A DNA stretch of 33,973 bases from a virus. Lineage: Duplodnaviria; Caudoviricetes. Numbering within the stretch: position 1 is the stretch's first letter; every line of letters starts with the position of its first letter. The translations under genes were made by a program, and so were the position numbers. The notes below the pieces were generated by a model. That model searched no databases and was not told the origin of the DNA. It saw only the letters and a program-made list of their open reading frames with translations. The stretch spans positions 1 to 33,973 of IMG/VR virus record IMGVR_UViG_3300045557_000081, one strand, 5' to 3'. This document shows positions 24,772-33,973 of this stretch, piece by piece.

Positions 24772-24935
24772 AGGCTTCCGGGATGGAGGCCGGTGCAATG
24801 GTAAGAAAGATTAACGCCCAGATCAGATACTATATGCACCTTGACCCGGACAGCCTCAGCGACGATGAATGGGCGATGGTCATAAGAGACCTGGAGTGGA
24901 TCAGGGAAATGGAGAAAAAAGCAAACAATGTCTGA
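24759..24935 (+). CDS. tail assembly chaperone frameshift extension (T-like, -1 frame)
   Basis: G GTA AAC slip site and hairpin 24773-24791. The -1 frame reads ...RKINAQIRYYMHLDPDSLSDDEWAMVIRDLEWIREMEKKANNV*. Confidence 0.7.
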   Translation, partial: GKLIEASGMEAGAMVRKINAQIRYYMHLDPDSLSDDEWAMVIRDLEWIREMEKKANNV

Positions 24936-27177
24936 TATTCTGCAATACACGCTAAGCCTGAACGACAAGTTCTCGGCAAAGATGAAAGCGATCGGATTTT
25001 CATCCGACCACGCGCTGGACGTATTTGCAAAGCTTCAGAAGCAAAGCCAGTCGCTCTCGAAGGTTATGGGAGATACCGGGCGCTCCGTTTATTCCCTGCA
25101 AATGAAGCTCGACCTGTTGCGCCGGGAGCGTGATGTGATCCCAGAGAAAAACATCATGGATATCCGTCGGTACAATAAGGAAATAGGCCTGCTGGAAAAG
25201 CAGATTAACCGGTTGCAAACTACCGGTGGCCTGAAAGGTAAACTCAGTCAGGCATTGAGCGCCATCCCAGGAGCCGAATTAATAACTAACCCCTATATGC
25301 AGGCCGGGGCAGCTATGTTTGGAGCCGGCAAGATGGCGCTCAGCTTCGACGAGGGACTGGCAAAACTCAATACTACTGCCCAGATGACTCCACAGCAGCT
25401 CAAGCTGTTTAAGAAAGAACTGATTGCTATTGGCATCGATGCTAAAGCAAATCTTTCAACTGTGCCTGACGCGTATGAGAAAATACTCAGCCAGACCAAC
25501 GACGTAGCGCTTTCGACTGACATTTTGGGTGCTGCTCTCAAAGGTTCAAAGGCCGGGTTTACTGACCAGGATACGGTAGCTGCTGCTCTTGCGCAGACGC
25601 TCAGCCTGGTAGGAAAAGAGAACACTAACGCGAAGGAGGTAATTGATACCCTTTTCGCTGCTAAAAGAGTTGGAGCCGGTGAGTTCCGCGATTTTGCCAA
25701 CTATGTACCCGGACTCGTTGCATCGGGCCAGGCTCTTGGTAAAGGATTCAAGGAAACAGCCGGCCTGTTCGCGTTCATGACCGGTAAGGGACAAAGCGCT
25801 GAGCGCTCAGCCATGCTCATCCAAAACGCTTATACAGCCCTGGGAAAACAGGAGATCACGAAAGGCATGGAAAAGGGTGGCGTGAAAGTATTCAACGCCG
25901 ACGGCTCCATGAAGCAACTCGACCAGATATTTGGCCAGCTCCAGGCAAAGCTTCAAAGTTTCGGCACCAATGACAAAGCTAAATCGGCATTCCTGGAGGG
26001 AATGGGCCTTCGTGACGCGCAGGCTAAACAGGCATTCATGGTCATGGCATCGGACTCGCAGAAACTTTCTGAGGCTCTGTCGGCTGTGGCTAATTCGCAG
26101 GGTGAGTTAGACAGGGCATTCGCCAACTCAGCCAACGGAATGCAAACATTACAGGGCCTGTGGACAAAGGTTCAGGCTTTGGGTCTCACACTCGGAGATT
26201 CACTTACAGGCCTGTTGACACCGGCAGTCAACATTTTGTCCTGGGCATTTACCGGCCTTAATATAGGACTTGAGTACGTGATCAACCGTGGACGCCGGTT
26301 CCTGGAGCTGCTACAGATGGGCAACATACCGGTAATAATCATTACCTCAGCATTAACCGGGCTCGTCACAGTTATGACGGCTCAATGGTTGATCACCAAG
26401 TCGGTAACAATTGCTACAGCGCTTTGGGAAGGCGCGCAATGGCTGCTAAATGCGGCGCTCACTGCTAACCCGGTGGGTCTGGTAATAGCCGGCATTATAG
26501 CGCTGATAGCTGCCATTTCGTATGTGATCTACAAAACCGACGGATGGGGGAAACTGTGGGGCGGTCTTATGAAGTTCCTCCGGTCGGGATGGGAGGCGTT
26601 TAAGAATTCATTTAAGCTAACCTGGCTTGAGATCGAGGATTTCTTTATGAGCGGCATCGAGGTAATCATGAGAGCCTGGTACAAGCTCCAGTCGCTATGG
26701 GATAAGGATGCTTCGCAGGCCGGACTCAACAGGATCAATCAGAACGCTGCCAACCGCGCCCAGGAAATGGCGGCAGCTAAAGGCGCTTTACAGGCAAACG
26801 CTAAAGACGCCGGACAGGCATGGTCGGAAGCCTGGGGAAGCCTCACCTGGAATTCTGACAAGAAGATGTCGGACATAACCGGTGGAATAAAGAAACAGCT
26901 TGGAATGGACAATCCCGGAATTGCTCCGGCAAACGTACCAGGAATGGCCGGCGCACCGGCAGGCGGCGGCGGAACCGGAACCGACGGCCCGGCATCAAAA
27001 GTAACTGACGCCATTGCCTCCGGCGGAACCCGCAATACCAGCATCAACATTTCCTTCAAAAACATGGTTGAGAGCATAGTATTCGACGGTGATCTGGCCC
27101 AGAAACGTGGAGACCTGGAGCGCGAAGTTACCAGCATAATGGCCCGTGTACTCGGCATGGCACAAAGTATGGCATAA
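24928..27177 (+). CDS. tape measure protein
   Basis: 749 aa, Ala/Gly-rich helical, with LNAALTANPVGLVIAGIIALIA motif. Confidence 0.92.
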   Translation: MSDILQYTLSLNDKFSAKMKAIGFSSDHALDVFAKLQKQSQSLSKVMGDTGRSVYSLQMKLDLLRRERDVIPEKNIMDIRRYNKEIGLLEKQINRLQTTGGLKGKLSQALSAIPGAELITNPYMQAGAAMFGAGKMALSFDEGLAKLNTTAQMTPQQLKLFKKELIAIGIDAKANLSTVPDAYEKILSQTNDVALSTDILGAALKGSKAGFTDQDTVAAALAQTLSLVGKENTNAKEVIDTLFAAKRVGAGEFRDFANYVPGLVASGQALGKGFKETAGLFAFMTGKGQSAERSAMLIQNAYTALGKQEITKGMEKGGVKVFNADGSMKQLDQIFGQLQAKLQSFGTNDKAKSAFLEGMGLRDAQAKQAFMVMASDSQKLSEALSAVANSQGELDRAFANSANGMQTLQGLWTKVQALGLTLGDSLTGLLTPAVNILSWAFTGLNIGLEYVINRGRRFLELLQMGNIPVIIITSALTGLVTVMTAQWLITKSVTIATALWEGAQWLLNAALTANPVGLVIAGIIALIAAISYVIYKTDGWGKLWGGLMKFLRSGWEAFKNSFKLTWLEIEDFFMSGIEVIMRAWYKLQSLWDKDASQAGLNRINQNAANRAQEMAAAKGALQANAKDAGQAWSEAWGSLTWNSDKKMSDITGGIKKQLGMDNPGIAPANVPGMAGAPAGGGGTGTDGPASKVTDAIASGGTRNTSINISFKNMVESIVFDGDLAQKRGDLEREVTSIMARVLGMAQSMA

Positions 27178-27713
27178 TGGACAATAATCACGTCATAGCA
27201 ACCGGCTTCTCATTACCTCCCTACTTTTTGAGGGGCAAGGTTGTAATTATCAATACCGAGAACGAGTCAGGAAAGATATCGCTCAACGGATTTCAACCGT
27301 CGGGCAAACAGTACCCGCTTACGCTCCGCGCCCAGGGATTGAATGATTTCACTTTCCCGCTCGATCCGATCATATCGGTGTCAATGAAAAACATCATCAC
27401 CCGGCGCACCGTGGCCAAAGGAAAAAAGCGCGGTACCGTGAAAGAGCGCTGGACTGAAGATGACGCTGAAATAACAATTACCGGCGTGTTCATTTCTCCC
27501 GACGGCGAATACCCGGCAGAGGTTGAACAGCTCAGGGCCTTCTTTAATCAGCACCAGGCGATTGATGTGATATGCGACATCCTTAATCAGAAGGATATCA
27601 ACCAGATTGTAATTGAGAGCCTCGACTTTCCGCACACCAAAGGAGAGGAAAATCAGAGCTTCGAAATAAAGGCTTACTCAGATGACGTGTTTCAACTCTT
27701 AATCGAAAGCTAA
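27177..27713 (+). CDS. tail tube initiator-like (DUF6046-like)
   Basis: DPIISVSMKNIITRRTV..RGTVKERW..DD..ITI.G...IKAYSD. Follows the TMP. Confidence 0.7.
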   Translation: MDNNHVIATGFSLPPYFLRGKVVIINTENESGKISLNGFQPSGKQYPLTLRAQGLNDFTFPLDPIISVSMKNIITRRTVAKGKKRGTVKERWTEDDAEITITGVFISPDGEYPAEVEQLRAFFNQHQAIDVICDILNQKDINQIVIESLDFPHTKGEENQSFEIKAYSDDVFQLLIES

Positions 27714-28660
27714 TGTTTGACATCGCCTGGCAAATAACGATAGGAAAGTACAAGCTGATGATGCTCGACGAGTGCACTGTTACGCGCTCGGTTGAGCAAC
27801 TGGCCGATACTGCTGAGATCGTACTGCCGGGCACGGTTTTTAACAAAGCCATTGACATTGAAAAGCAGATAAAGCGCGGAGATGCCGTGACGATCATGAC
27901 CGGCTATGACGGTGACAATAAGACCGAATTTGCCGGTTACCTGGAAGCGATAGCAACCGACGACGGAAGCCTGAAGCTGAAGTGTGAAGACGGAATATTC
28001 AACTTCAGGAAGCCGCTGGCCGACAAAGAATTCACCAAGCCTGATGTGAAAGAACTGCTGAATTATGCCTGTTCGCAGATTGGCGGCTATTCGCTGAGCT
28101 GCGATTATTCATTCAAGTATGATAAGTTCGTGGTGAGGGGCATGACCGGTTACGATCTGCTAAAGAAGATCCAGGAAGAAACAAAGGCAAATGTCTACCT
28201 CAAGGAAAAGGTTCTGCACGTTCATCCGCAATACAAGGAGCTGTTTGGCGAATCAAAATACTCATTCCAGGTCAACATCGAAAAGAGCGACCTGGAGTAC
28301 CGCATAGCTGAAGACCGGCCATTTGAATGTACCGTCGAGGGCAAGGGAATCGACGGTAAGATTATCAGGGCCGTGTCAGGAAAGAAGGGAGGCGATTCTG
28401 AAACAATTAAACGTGACGGAGTCAGTGATATAGCCTCCCTTCAAGCCCTTGCCGATGAGGTTGTGAAGCGCAAAAGCTATACCGGTTATTCAGGCAGCTT
28501 TACCGGATGGCTTATTCCCTGGTGCGATGCCGGATACAAGGTGAGCATAGCAGATGAGGATTACGAATACAAGAACGGCGACTACTATGTGCTTGAGGTT
28601 GTGACCAGGATAGGAAAAGCAGGCTGTGAGCGTAAAATTAAGATTGGCGCGAAGATATGA
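27713..28660 (+). CDS. baseplate hub (gpD/Mu gpP-like)
   Basis: LADTAEIVLP, IKRGD.V.I..GY....EF.GY, GYSGSFTGWL.P. Confidence 0.8.
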   Translation: MFDIAWQITIGKYKLMMLDECTVTRSVEQLADTAEIVLPGTVFNKAIDIEKQIKRGDAVTIMTGYDGDNKTEFAGYLEAIATDDGSLKLKCEDGIFNFRKPLADKEFTKPDVKELLNYACSQIGGYSLSCDYSFKYDKFVVRGMTGYDLLKKIQEETKANVYLKEKVLHVHPQYKELFGESKYSFQVNIEKSDLEYRIAEDRPFECTVEGKGIDGKIIRAVSGKKGGDSETIKRDGVSDIASLQALADEVVKRKSYTGYSGSFTGWLIPWCDAGYKVSIADEDYEYKNGDYYVLEVVTRIGKAGCERKIKIGAKI

Positions 28661-29154
28661 GTGACGAACGGACGATAAGGGAAGCCATAAAGCGGATAGC
28701 CGGAGCCGGCAGCGGATCAATAGTGTACACGGTTGAGATCACTGATGTGACCGATACCGATTGCACCGTGAAACTCGGCGAACTGGAGCTGACAAAGGTT
28801 CGTTACTTCAGCCAGGCTAACGAAGCCGGCAACATACTGCTCAAGCCTAAAGCCGGCAGCATGGCAACCATGATCTGTGACCCTGACTTGCGCGATTGCG
28901 AAATAGTGAAGGCTGACAAGGTCACGCTGATAAAATGGGAAGAAAACGGCCTGGTGATTGAAATTGACAGCGAAGCCAAGAAATGCGATATAAAGAACGA
29001 TCAGGTAAGCCTTAAGGATTTGTTCCAGTCAGTTGCCGATATCGTAAAGCAGCTCACCGTATCAACTCCGTCAGGCCCTTCCGGCACTCCGCTGCCTCCC
29101 ACAATCCAGCAGGTAACACAGTTTGAGACTGACTTTAAATCACTCCTTAAATAG
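28657..29154 (+). CDS. baseplate spike (gpV-like)
   Basis: OB-fold-like N-terminus (LKPKAGS), C-terminal VSTPSGPSGTP. Synteny. Confidence 0.7.
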   Translation: MSDERTIREAIKRIAGAGSGSIVYTVEITDVTDTDCTVKLGELELTKVRYFSQANEAGNILLKPKAGSMATMICDPDLRDCEIVKADKVTLIKWEENGLVIEIDSEAKKCDIKNDQVSLKDLFQSVADIVKQLTVSTPSGPSGTPLPPTIQQVTQFETDFKSLLK

Positions 29155-29161
29155 CGATTAA

Positions 29162-29392
29162 ATGCCACTTAACAAAGCAGCGCTCAAGTCAGGTATTCAG
29201 GCCCTGGCACAAAACATAGCCGAAAACAAAGGTAGCTATGCTGACTTTGCTGACGGACTTGCCGATCTGATCGACACTTTTGTAAAAACAGGAACCGTAA
29301 CAGTAGCTGTCGGCATCCCTGTTGCAACAACAGGTTCGGCAGCAGCGCAAACAGGAGCAACCACAGCAACCGGAACCGGGACAATATCATGA
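29162..29392 (+). CDS. small baseplate/spike-associated protein
   Basis: 76 aa, Thr/Gly-rich C-terminus, directly after the spike. Confidence 0.6.
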   Translation: MPLNKAALKSGIQALAQNIAENKGSYADFADGLADLIDTFVKTGTVTVAVGIPVATTGSAAAQTGATTATGTGTIS

Positions 29393-29685
29393 TGAACAAT
29401 AACGACATATTGCTCAACGGAGATTACGACCTGCTATATAAGGACGGCGACTTTGTAACAGGCGATGCCCTTATTCAACAGCAGGCGCTGTTGTTGTCGA
29501 CCGGCGAAGGGGAATGGAAACAGTCGCCGGTTACCGGGGTGGGAATGCCGGGATACTTAAACGACGAGTCGGAGGCAGAATTATTCCGCAAGGTACGCCT
29601 CCAGTTCAGGAACGATAATCTTTCGGTCACAACGTTGAAAAAGCAGACCGATGGCACACTTTTAATAAAGGCACAACATGCGTAG
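29389..29685 (+). CDS. baseplate wedge gp25/gpW-like
   Basis: GDFVTGD...QQ.LL....GEWKQSP.TGVG. Confidence 0.72.
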   Translation: MMNNNDILLNGDYDLLYKDGDFVTGDALIQQQALLLSTGEGEWKQSPVTGVGMPGYLNDESEAELFRKVRLQFRNDNLSVTTLKKQTDGTLLIKAQHA

Positions 29686-29911
29686 CGTAGTTAGTTTGAA
29701 CGGCCAGAATCTGTGGGACATTACCCTGAGGCACATGGGTAGTGTCGACTCCATTTTTGATGTGGTTGCCCTTAATCCGGCAATAAGGATAGATGAAACA
29801 CTCGATGCCGGCAGAACAATCTACCTGCCCGACAATGCAGACAAACAAAGGGTGGTAGACTACTATGAACTCAATGATATTAACCCTTCAACCGGCATAG
29901 TAAATGAGTAG
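29678..29911 (+). CDS. LysM-like baseplate protein (gpX-like)
   Basis: GQNLWDITLRHMGS...F.V..LNP......L.AG..I.LP. Confidence 0.75.
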   Translation: MRSVVSLNGQNLWDITLRHMGSVDSIFDVVALNPAIRIDETLDAGRTIYLPDNADKQRVVDYYELNDINPSTGIVNE

Positions 29912-30764
29912 GACGATAGCTGAGATATATGACGCGCTCAACGTTGTGAAAGGCAACATGAGCGAACTCGGAGTGTACGTGAACAATGACGCACAGAGTG
30001 TTGACACTGCCAAGAAGCTGGTTAACGATGTAAGGTCTAATTCAAAAGTAGCCTTATGGCGGCTGTGGTTATGGATCGTCGCCGTCGGCTCCTGGGTAAT
30101 CGAGCAGTTACAGGACGCACACGAAGCTAAAATTAACGCTATTGTGGCTCTTGACAAGCCTCACACGCTTGCATGGTATGCAGCCCAGAGCAAGCTGTTT
30201 CAGTATGGTTATGAAATAGCCTGGTTAACGGATCATTTTGCATACGAAACCATTGATGAGGATGCCAGGATAGTGGTTTACGCTGCTGCAACCGAAGGCG
30301 AAAGCGGCATACTGCTCAAAGCCATGAAGACCGGTCGTGTTCCTCTTACTACTGCTGAAATGAACGCCTTTAAGGTATTCTGGGCAAAATGGAAAGATGC
30401 CGGTATTCCTATTGAATTCATAAGCCAGGCGATTAACCAGGTGCAATTCACTGCAACCATTTACCGCAACCGGTCGATAGTAAATGCTGACAACACGCTC
30501 ATTGCCGATCCGTCGGTCAACGTGGTTGAAGACCCTGCCAATGCCTACATGAACTCAGTCGACTTCAACGGCACCATTTATCTTATGGAGATGATACAGG
30601 CCATAAAGAACCAGCCGGGCATTACCAACGTAATTATGACCGTGGCCGGAGTCGACTCAGGAACCTGGGGAGAGGAAGGCCTGTGGACGCTCATCCCTAC
30701 CAACGGTTTTGCCGAAATAGCCTGGGGAGATTGCACACTCGAATACAGCGACGTTTATGAGTAA
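29904..30764 (+). CDS. baseplate J-like wedge protein
   Basis: SRTIAEIY, SKVALWRLW, PHTLAWY....FQYG, KDAGI, FNG......IQAI...PG. Confidence 0.75.
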   Translation: MSRTIAEIYDALNVVKGNMSELGVYVNNDAQSVDTAKKLVNDVRSNSKVALWRLWLWIVAVGSWVIEQLQDAHEAKINAIVALDKPHTLAWYAAQSKLFQYGYEIAWLTDHFAYETIDEDARIVVYAAATEGESGILLKAMKTGRVPLTTAEMNAFKVFWAKWKDAGIPIEFISQAINQVQFTATIYRNRSIVNADNTLIADPSVNVVEDPANAYMNSVDFNGTIYLMEMIQAIKNQPGITNVIMTVAGVDSGTWGEEGLWTLIPTNGFAEIAWGDCTLEYSDVYE

Positions 30765-31215
30765 TACTTCGATATACCGGATAGCAATTTTTCACACGCC
30801 GTACGTTCTTCGTTCAGCGGCCAGGCGTTTGATGCCTATGATCATGGTATTCGTAAGCTATCTTCAGTACCTGATGCTCCGCCTCGAGCTGTTTATCGAT
30901 GAGTCGACTTTGCAGGCTTACATGACTCCCCAGGTGTGTTATATTGAGAAAATGCTTCAGATGCACATTTCTCCACTGGCCCGTATCGATCCGGAGTACA
31001 CTGAATTCATTCTGTGGCGCGAAGATGATCCGGAGGGAGTCGATGTGTTTATCAGCGACAGCGAAGATGTGATGATCTACGACGACTCGATGTTTGGCTT
31101 CGAAACGTTCACTATCGTACTCCCATACGGTGTCGAAGCGCTTGAAAATTATGCCAGGGAATTAACTGACCGTTACAAACTGCCCGGTGTGGGCTATACA
31201 ATAATTTACCGATGA
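30757..31215 (+). CDS. baseplate I-like wedge protein
   Basis: TPQVCYIEKML...F.IVLP...YKLPG..Y.I. Synteny. Confidence 0.65.
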   Translation: MSNTSIYRIAIFHTPYVLRSAARRLMPMIMVFVSYLQYLMLRLELFIDESTLQAYMTPQVCYIEKMLQMHISPLARIDPEYTEFILWREDDPEGVDVFISDSEDVMIYDDSMFGFETFTIVLPYGVEALENYARELTDRYKLPGVGYTIIYR

Positions 31216-31979
31216 AAAAATTAAAGTTTCTGGCCGGTGGCCAGCCGTTCAGGAGTACCGACTTCGAGGTTATCCAGGATAACATATTTGATCAGATCAA
31301 ACTGTTGTTTGACAGCATGACAACCGCTAAAGTGATACTTACCGGCGTTGAGACAGATTGGAATCCCGATGTACCCGGTACACCCGGTGAGGAATTCGCC
31401 ATTACCGAAGGCTTTATATGGGACGGGACCGAAGTATGCCGGGTGCTTGCCAACGCATACGTGTATCACGCCGGGTACACACTGTACATGCGCCGGGCGA
31501 CTGAAGAAACAGCCTATCGTATGGTGGATAATGCCGAACAGGCTGTGATGATAGAGGCTTATTACGAGTTACTGTATGCTTATGGTGATCCGGGCGGCGG
31601 AGCGTTTCCGTTTACCGATCTTAAAACCATTAAGGTTCTCAACGAGGATGACTATGAGCTGAAGTATTCAAAAGGCGCTGAGCTTACGGCTCAATACACG
31701 CCAGTGGCTATGGACGGCATGGAAGTGTATCAGAACAGCTATGGTGATACACTGCTGTATCTCAACTTCACCTCATCGCTCGGTACCGGCGGTGTGCTTT
31801 GCACCCTTCCCGAAGGAGCCAGGCCGCCTATGAACATTTATGCTTCCTACAGGGCCGGTAATACCATACAGGTTCTGATCATAAGGACTAACGGAGAGGT
31901 GGAAGTAATAACACCATCGTCGAGTCTTACCAATACAATAAACTACAGATTCAACACTAACTTAATACCGAAAGATTAA
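31212..31979 (+). CDS. tail fiber/baseplate attachment protein
   Basis: GGQPF...F..IQ..VILTG N-terminus. TLPEGARP...IRTNGEV C-terminus typical of fiber domains. Confidence 0.65.
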   Translation: MKKLKFLAGGQPFRSTDFEVIQDNIFDQIKLLFDSMTTAKVILTGVETDWNPDVPGTPGEEFAITEGFIWDGTEVCRVLANAYVYHAGYTLYMRRATEETAYRMVDNAEQAVMIEAYYELLYAYGDPGGGAFPFTDLKTIKVLNEDDYELKYSKGAELTAQYTPVAMDGMEVYQNSYGDTLLYLNFTSSLGTGGVLCTLPEGARPPMNIYASYRAGNTIQVLIIRTNGEVEVITPSSSLTNTINYRFNTNLIPKD

Positions 31980-31980
31980 A

Positions 31981-32316
31981 ATGGGACAGTTAAAAATTTA
32001 CCTTGAAGAAGCCTACGAACCGGCAAACGGAAACCACGCCTTTGGCGATATGATAGTTAAAGGCCCTGCGCAGATAATAACGGTTCTGATGGCCAACATC
32101 GTTGCTGCTAACAATAAACTTAAGCTGCAACAATCTGCTGACGGCTCCAACTATGACGATATTGCCGACAGCGAGGTAACCATAGCCGCCGCGCAGACGT
32201 CGCAAAGCTGGAACCTATACGGCTTGCCGCGCGGTGCAAGCGTGAGGGTATATCTTACGGCAGGTACAAACGAAACAGGTACAATCGAACAGATAAAAAT
32301 GCTCACAGATGAGTAG
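31981..32316 (+). CDS. hypothetical beta-rich tail-associated protein
   Basis: LQQSADGSNYDDI..VRV motif, 111 aa. Confidence 0.6.
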   Translation: MGQLKIYLEEAYEPANGNHAFGDMIVKGPAQIITVLMANIVAANNKLKLQQSADGSNYDDIADSEVTIAAAQTSQSWNLYGLPRGASVRVYLTAGTNETGTIEQIKMLTDE

Positions 32317-33973
32317 CGTTAAAAATGTCCTGTTAGCGAATCCGCTGGCAGCTCCCCGGCATGGGGTTGTGGGGGTAATTGAGTCATTATTGAACCAAAT
32401 GGAAAGTATAAAATCACTCATGGCTTTTTGGAGTGACGGAACAACGGTTGAAACTCAACTCACAGACCTAACAGGAAATAACAGGCACGCAACAATAGGA
32501 ACTAACTTAATGACTGATGGCGGGGCTGAATTAGGAAGTGTTTTGACAAACTGGAATACTTCCACTATAACCAATAGCACAGAACAAGCACATTCAGGAA
32601 CAAAATCCTTTAAGTGTGTAATTAGTTCAGCCTCAACGGTTCAGGGAGCATTATCACCAACTGTAAGAATAAAAGCGGGTGAAACAGTTACATGGTCAGT
32701 TTGGTTTTATAATACTCTGGATAGCGGAATAAGATTTCAGGTTTTGAAAGGTGATGGCACGGTAGGTTATCAAAATCTCAGCCAGTCACTTACTAAGAAT
32801 ACATGGGTAAACTTGACAGGTAGTTTTACAGATGCCGCAGGGGGTGAACTTTGCCGGATTCGTTGGTATATTCAATCCGGTGATATGAATTTATATGCTG
32901 ATGACCTTTCGATTACAGTTGGTACATCAAATATAGGTGTGACAATGGCAAATGATGATACACTTAAAGCCATTGATACTAATTATTCTTTTTATACATC
33001 GGCAGGAATACCAAAGACGGTACGAAGCGACATAGGACATCCGGCAGCGCAAAATCTTAAAATGTTTTGCGGTGGAGAAAAGAAATGGATATTTACATCT
33101 GATATTCCAGACGTTAATCAGCGTTATATACTTTATAAAAATTTTGTAGATCACGATTGGCCTTTTACAAGTTGTGAGATAGTTAAGACAGTAGGAAGTG
33201 GCAAAGACTATGCAACGATTCAGGCAGCCATTGATAGCTGTACAGCAGGAAGTTTAACAAACAGATACAGGATTGATATTTACGATTCATTTGCCGTTAC
33301 AGAATACGCAGAATACACAAAGCAATATCCAACAGGTTATTATAACATATTCGCAGTTGACAGGCATTACGTGTTTTTAAATGGAATTGGAAATATTACT
33401 ATTGAGGGGACATTACCTGAAGATGCTACTGATGACCAAATTGCCCACGCTCAAATATTTGATTTTGCTAAAATAGGTGGAGTTAGAAATTTGACTTTTA
33501 AAAAGACTAATGGAAGGTACACCATGCACTCAGATATTGCCGGAACAATCTGGACAAAAGCTGTTAATTGTAAGTTTTATAATTACGATATGGATGAGAT
33601 AATTGCTTATCGTATTGCTCATTCACAGACTTTACCAACAATTACACAAGGAGGAAAAACACCAATAGGAATGGGTCATGCCAATGGTACTGTTATGGAA
33701 TTTATTAACTGTGAAGCCAGTGGAATCGTGCCATTAACTTGTCATGGTGGTTTTGCGTCGGGAGAAACGAGTTATCTATTACTATATAACTTCATAATGA
33801 CATCACAGCCTTATTATTCTCCGTGGTGTAATCCTGACAGTGAGATATTAAACTCAATGGAATTGACAACTTCGCCAGGTGGCACTTCTGTTGATTCAAC
33901 AGCCCAGATTATAAAATGCACATTAACCGAACCAGCAACAATTTCGGACAATTGGACAGTAACAACTAAATAG
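32309..33973 (+). CDS. putative receptor-binding/tailspike protein (CBM4/9-like plus beta-helix-like domain)
   Basis: NLMTDGGAE...W...STEQAHSGTKS.K..YADDLSI (CBM4/9-like). TVGSGKDYATIQAAID is a beta-helix cap motif. Visibly AT-richer than upstream genes. Confidence 0.65.
   Translation: MSSVKNVLLANPLAAPRHGVVGVIESLLNQMESIKSLMAFWSDGTTVETQLTDLTGNNRHATIGTNLMTDGGAELGSVLTNWNTSTITNSTEQAHSGTKSFKCVISSASTVQGALSPTVRIKAGETVTWSVWFYNTLDSGIRFQVLKGDGTVGYQNLSQSLTKNTWVNLTGSFTDAAGGELCRIRWYIQSGDMNLYADDLSITVGTSNIGVTMANDDTLKAIDTNYSFYTSAGIPKTVRSDIGHPAAQNLKMFCGGEKKWIFTSDIPDVNQRYILYKNFVDHDWPFTSCEIVKTVGSGKDYATIQAAIDSCTAGSLTNRYRIDIYDSFAVTEYAEYTKQYPTGYYNIFAVDRHYVFLNGIGNITIEGTLPEDATDDQIAHAQIFDFAKIGGVRNLTFKKTNGRYTMHSDIAGTIWTKAVNCKFYNYDMDEIIAYRIAHSQTLPTITQGGKTPIGMGHANGTVMEFINCEASGIVPLTCHGGFASGETSYLLLYNFIMTSQPYYSPWCNPDSEILNSMELTTSPGGTSVDSTAQIIKCTLTEPATISDNWTVTTK

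Larger units (their letters stand above)
1..33973. mobile_element. Mu-like transposable prophage/phage (contractile tail), partial, likely Bacteroidota host
   Basis: Repressor-ner-transposase-AAA ATPase order, DUF935-like portal, MuF, gpG-like, gp36-like, sheath/tube/TMP/baseplate. No host genes and no termini visible. Confidence 0.95.

Noticed and set aside
31212-33973. DGR or invertible tail-fiber system
   Set aside because: No reverse transcriptase, TR/VR pair, invertase or flanking inverted repeats were seen in the window.

Overview
The whole window is an internal segment of a Mu-like (transposable) temperate myophage or prophage. The host is very likely Bacteroidota, judged from TAnnTTTG/TTTG promoters and A-rich leaders without Shine-Dalgarno sequences. 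Gene order, left to right: XRE repressor facing a ner/cro-like gene; DDE transposase (MuA-like); AAA+ ATPase (MuB-like) and a second P-loop ATPase; a long early/accessory operon (DUF3164-like, DnaA-domain-IV-like, DUF4406-like, HTH, lipoprotein, GH16 glycoside hydrolase, cadherin-like, ASCH); a moron-like region; a minus-strand head-packaging operon (terminase small and large, gp36, portal, MuF, gpG-like, gp37-like); and a plus-strand operon (protease/scaffold, capsid, lysis cassette, contractile tail, baseplate, AT-rich receptor-binding protein). Neither phage end is in the window. Three signals stand out. (1) A classical -1 slippery site (A AAU UUU) with a GC-rich hairpin/pseudoknot at the end of the portal gene would fuse portal to MuF, which has no ATG start. 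(2) A glycan-active/surface cluster (PL14-like lipoprotein, GH16, cadherin-like) sits in the early operon. (3) A compact module at 11.1-11.95 kb holds an unannotated membrane peptide, a moron, a promoter-terminator sRNA candidate and an inverted repeat. All family calls come from motif recognition and synteny, not database searches.
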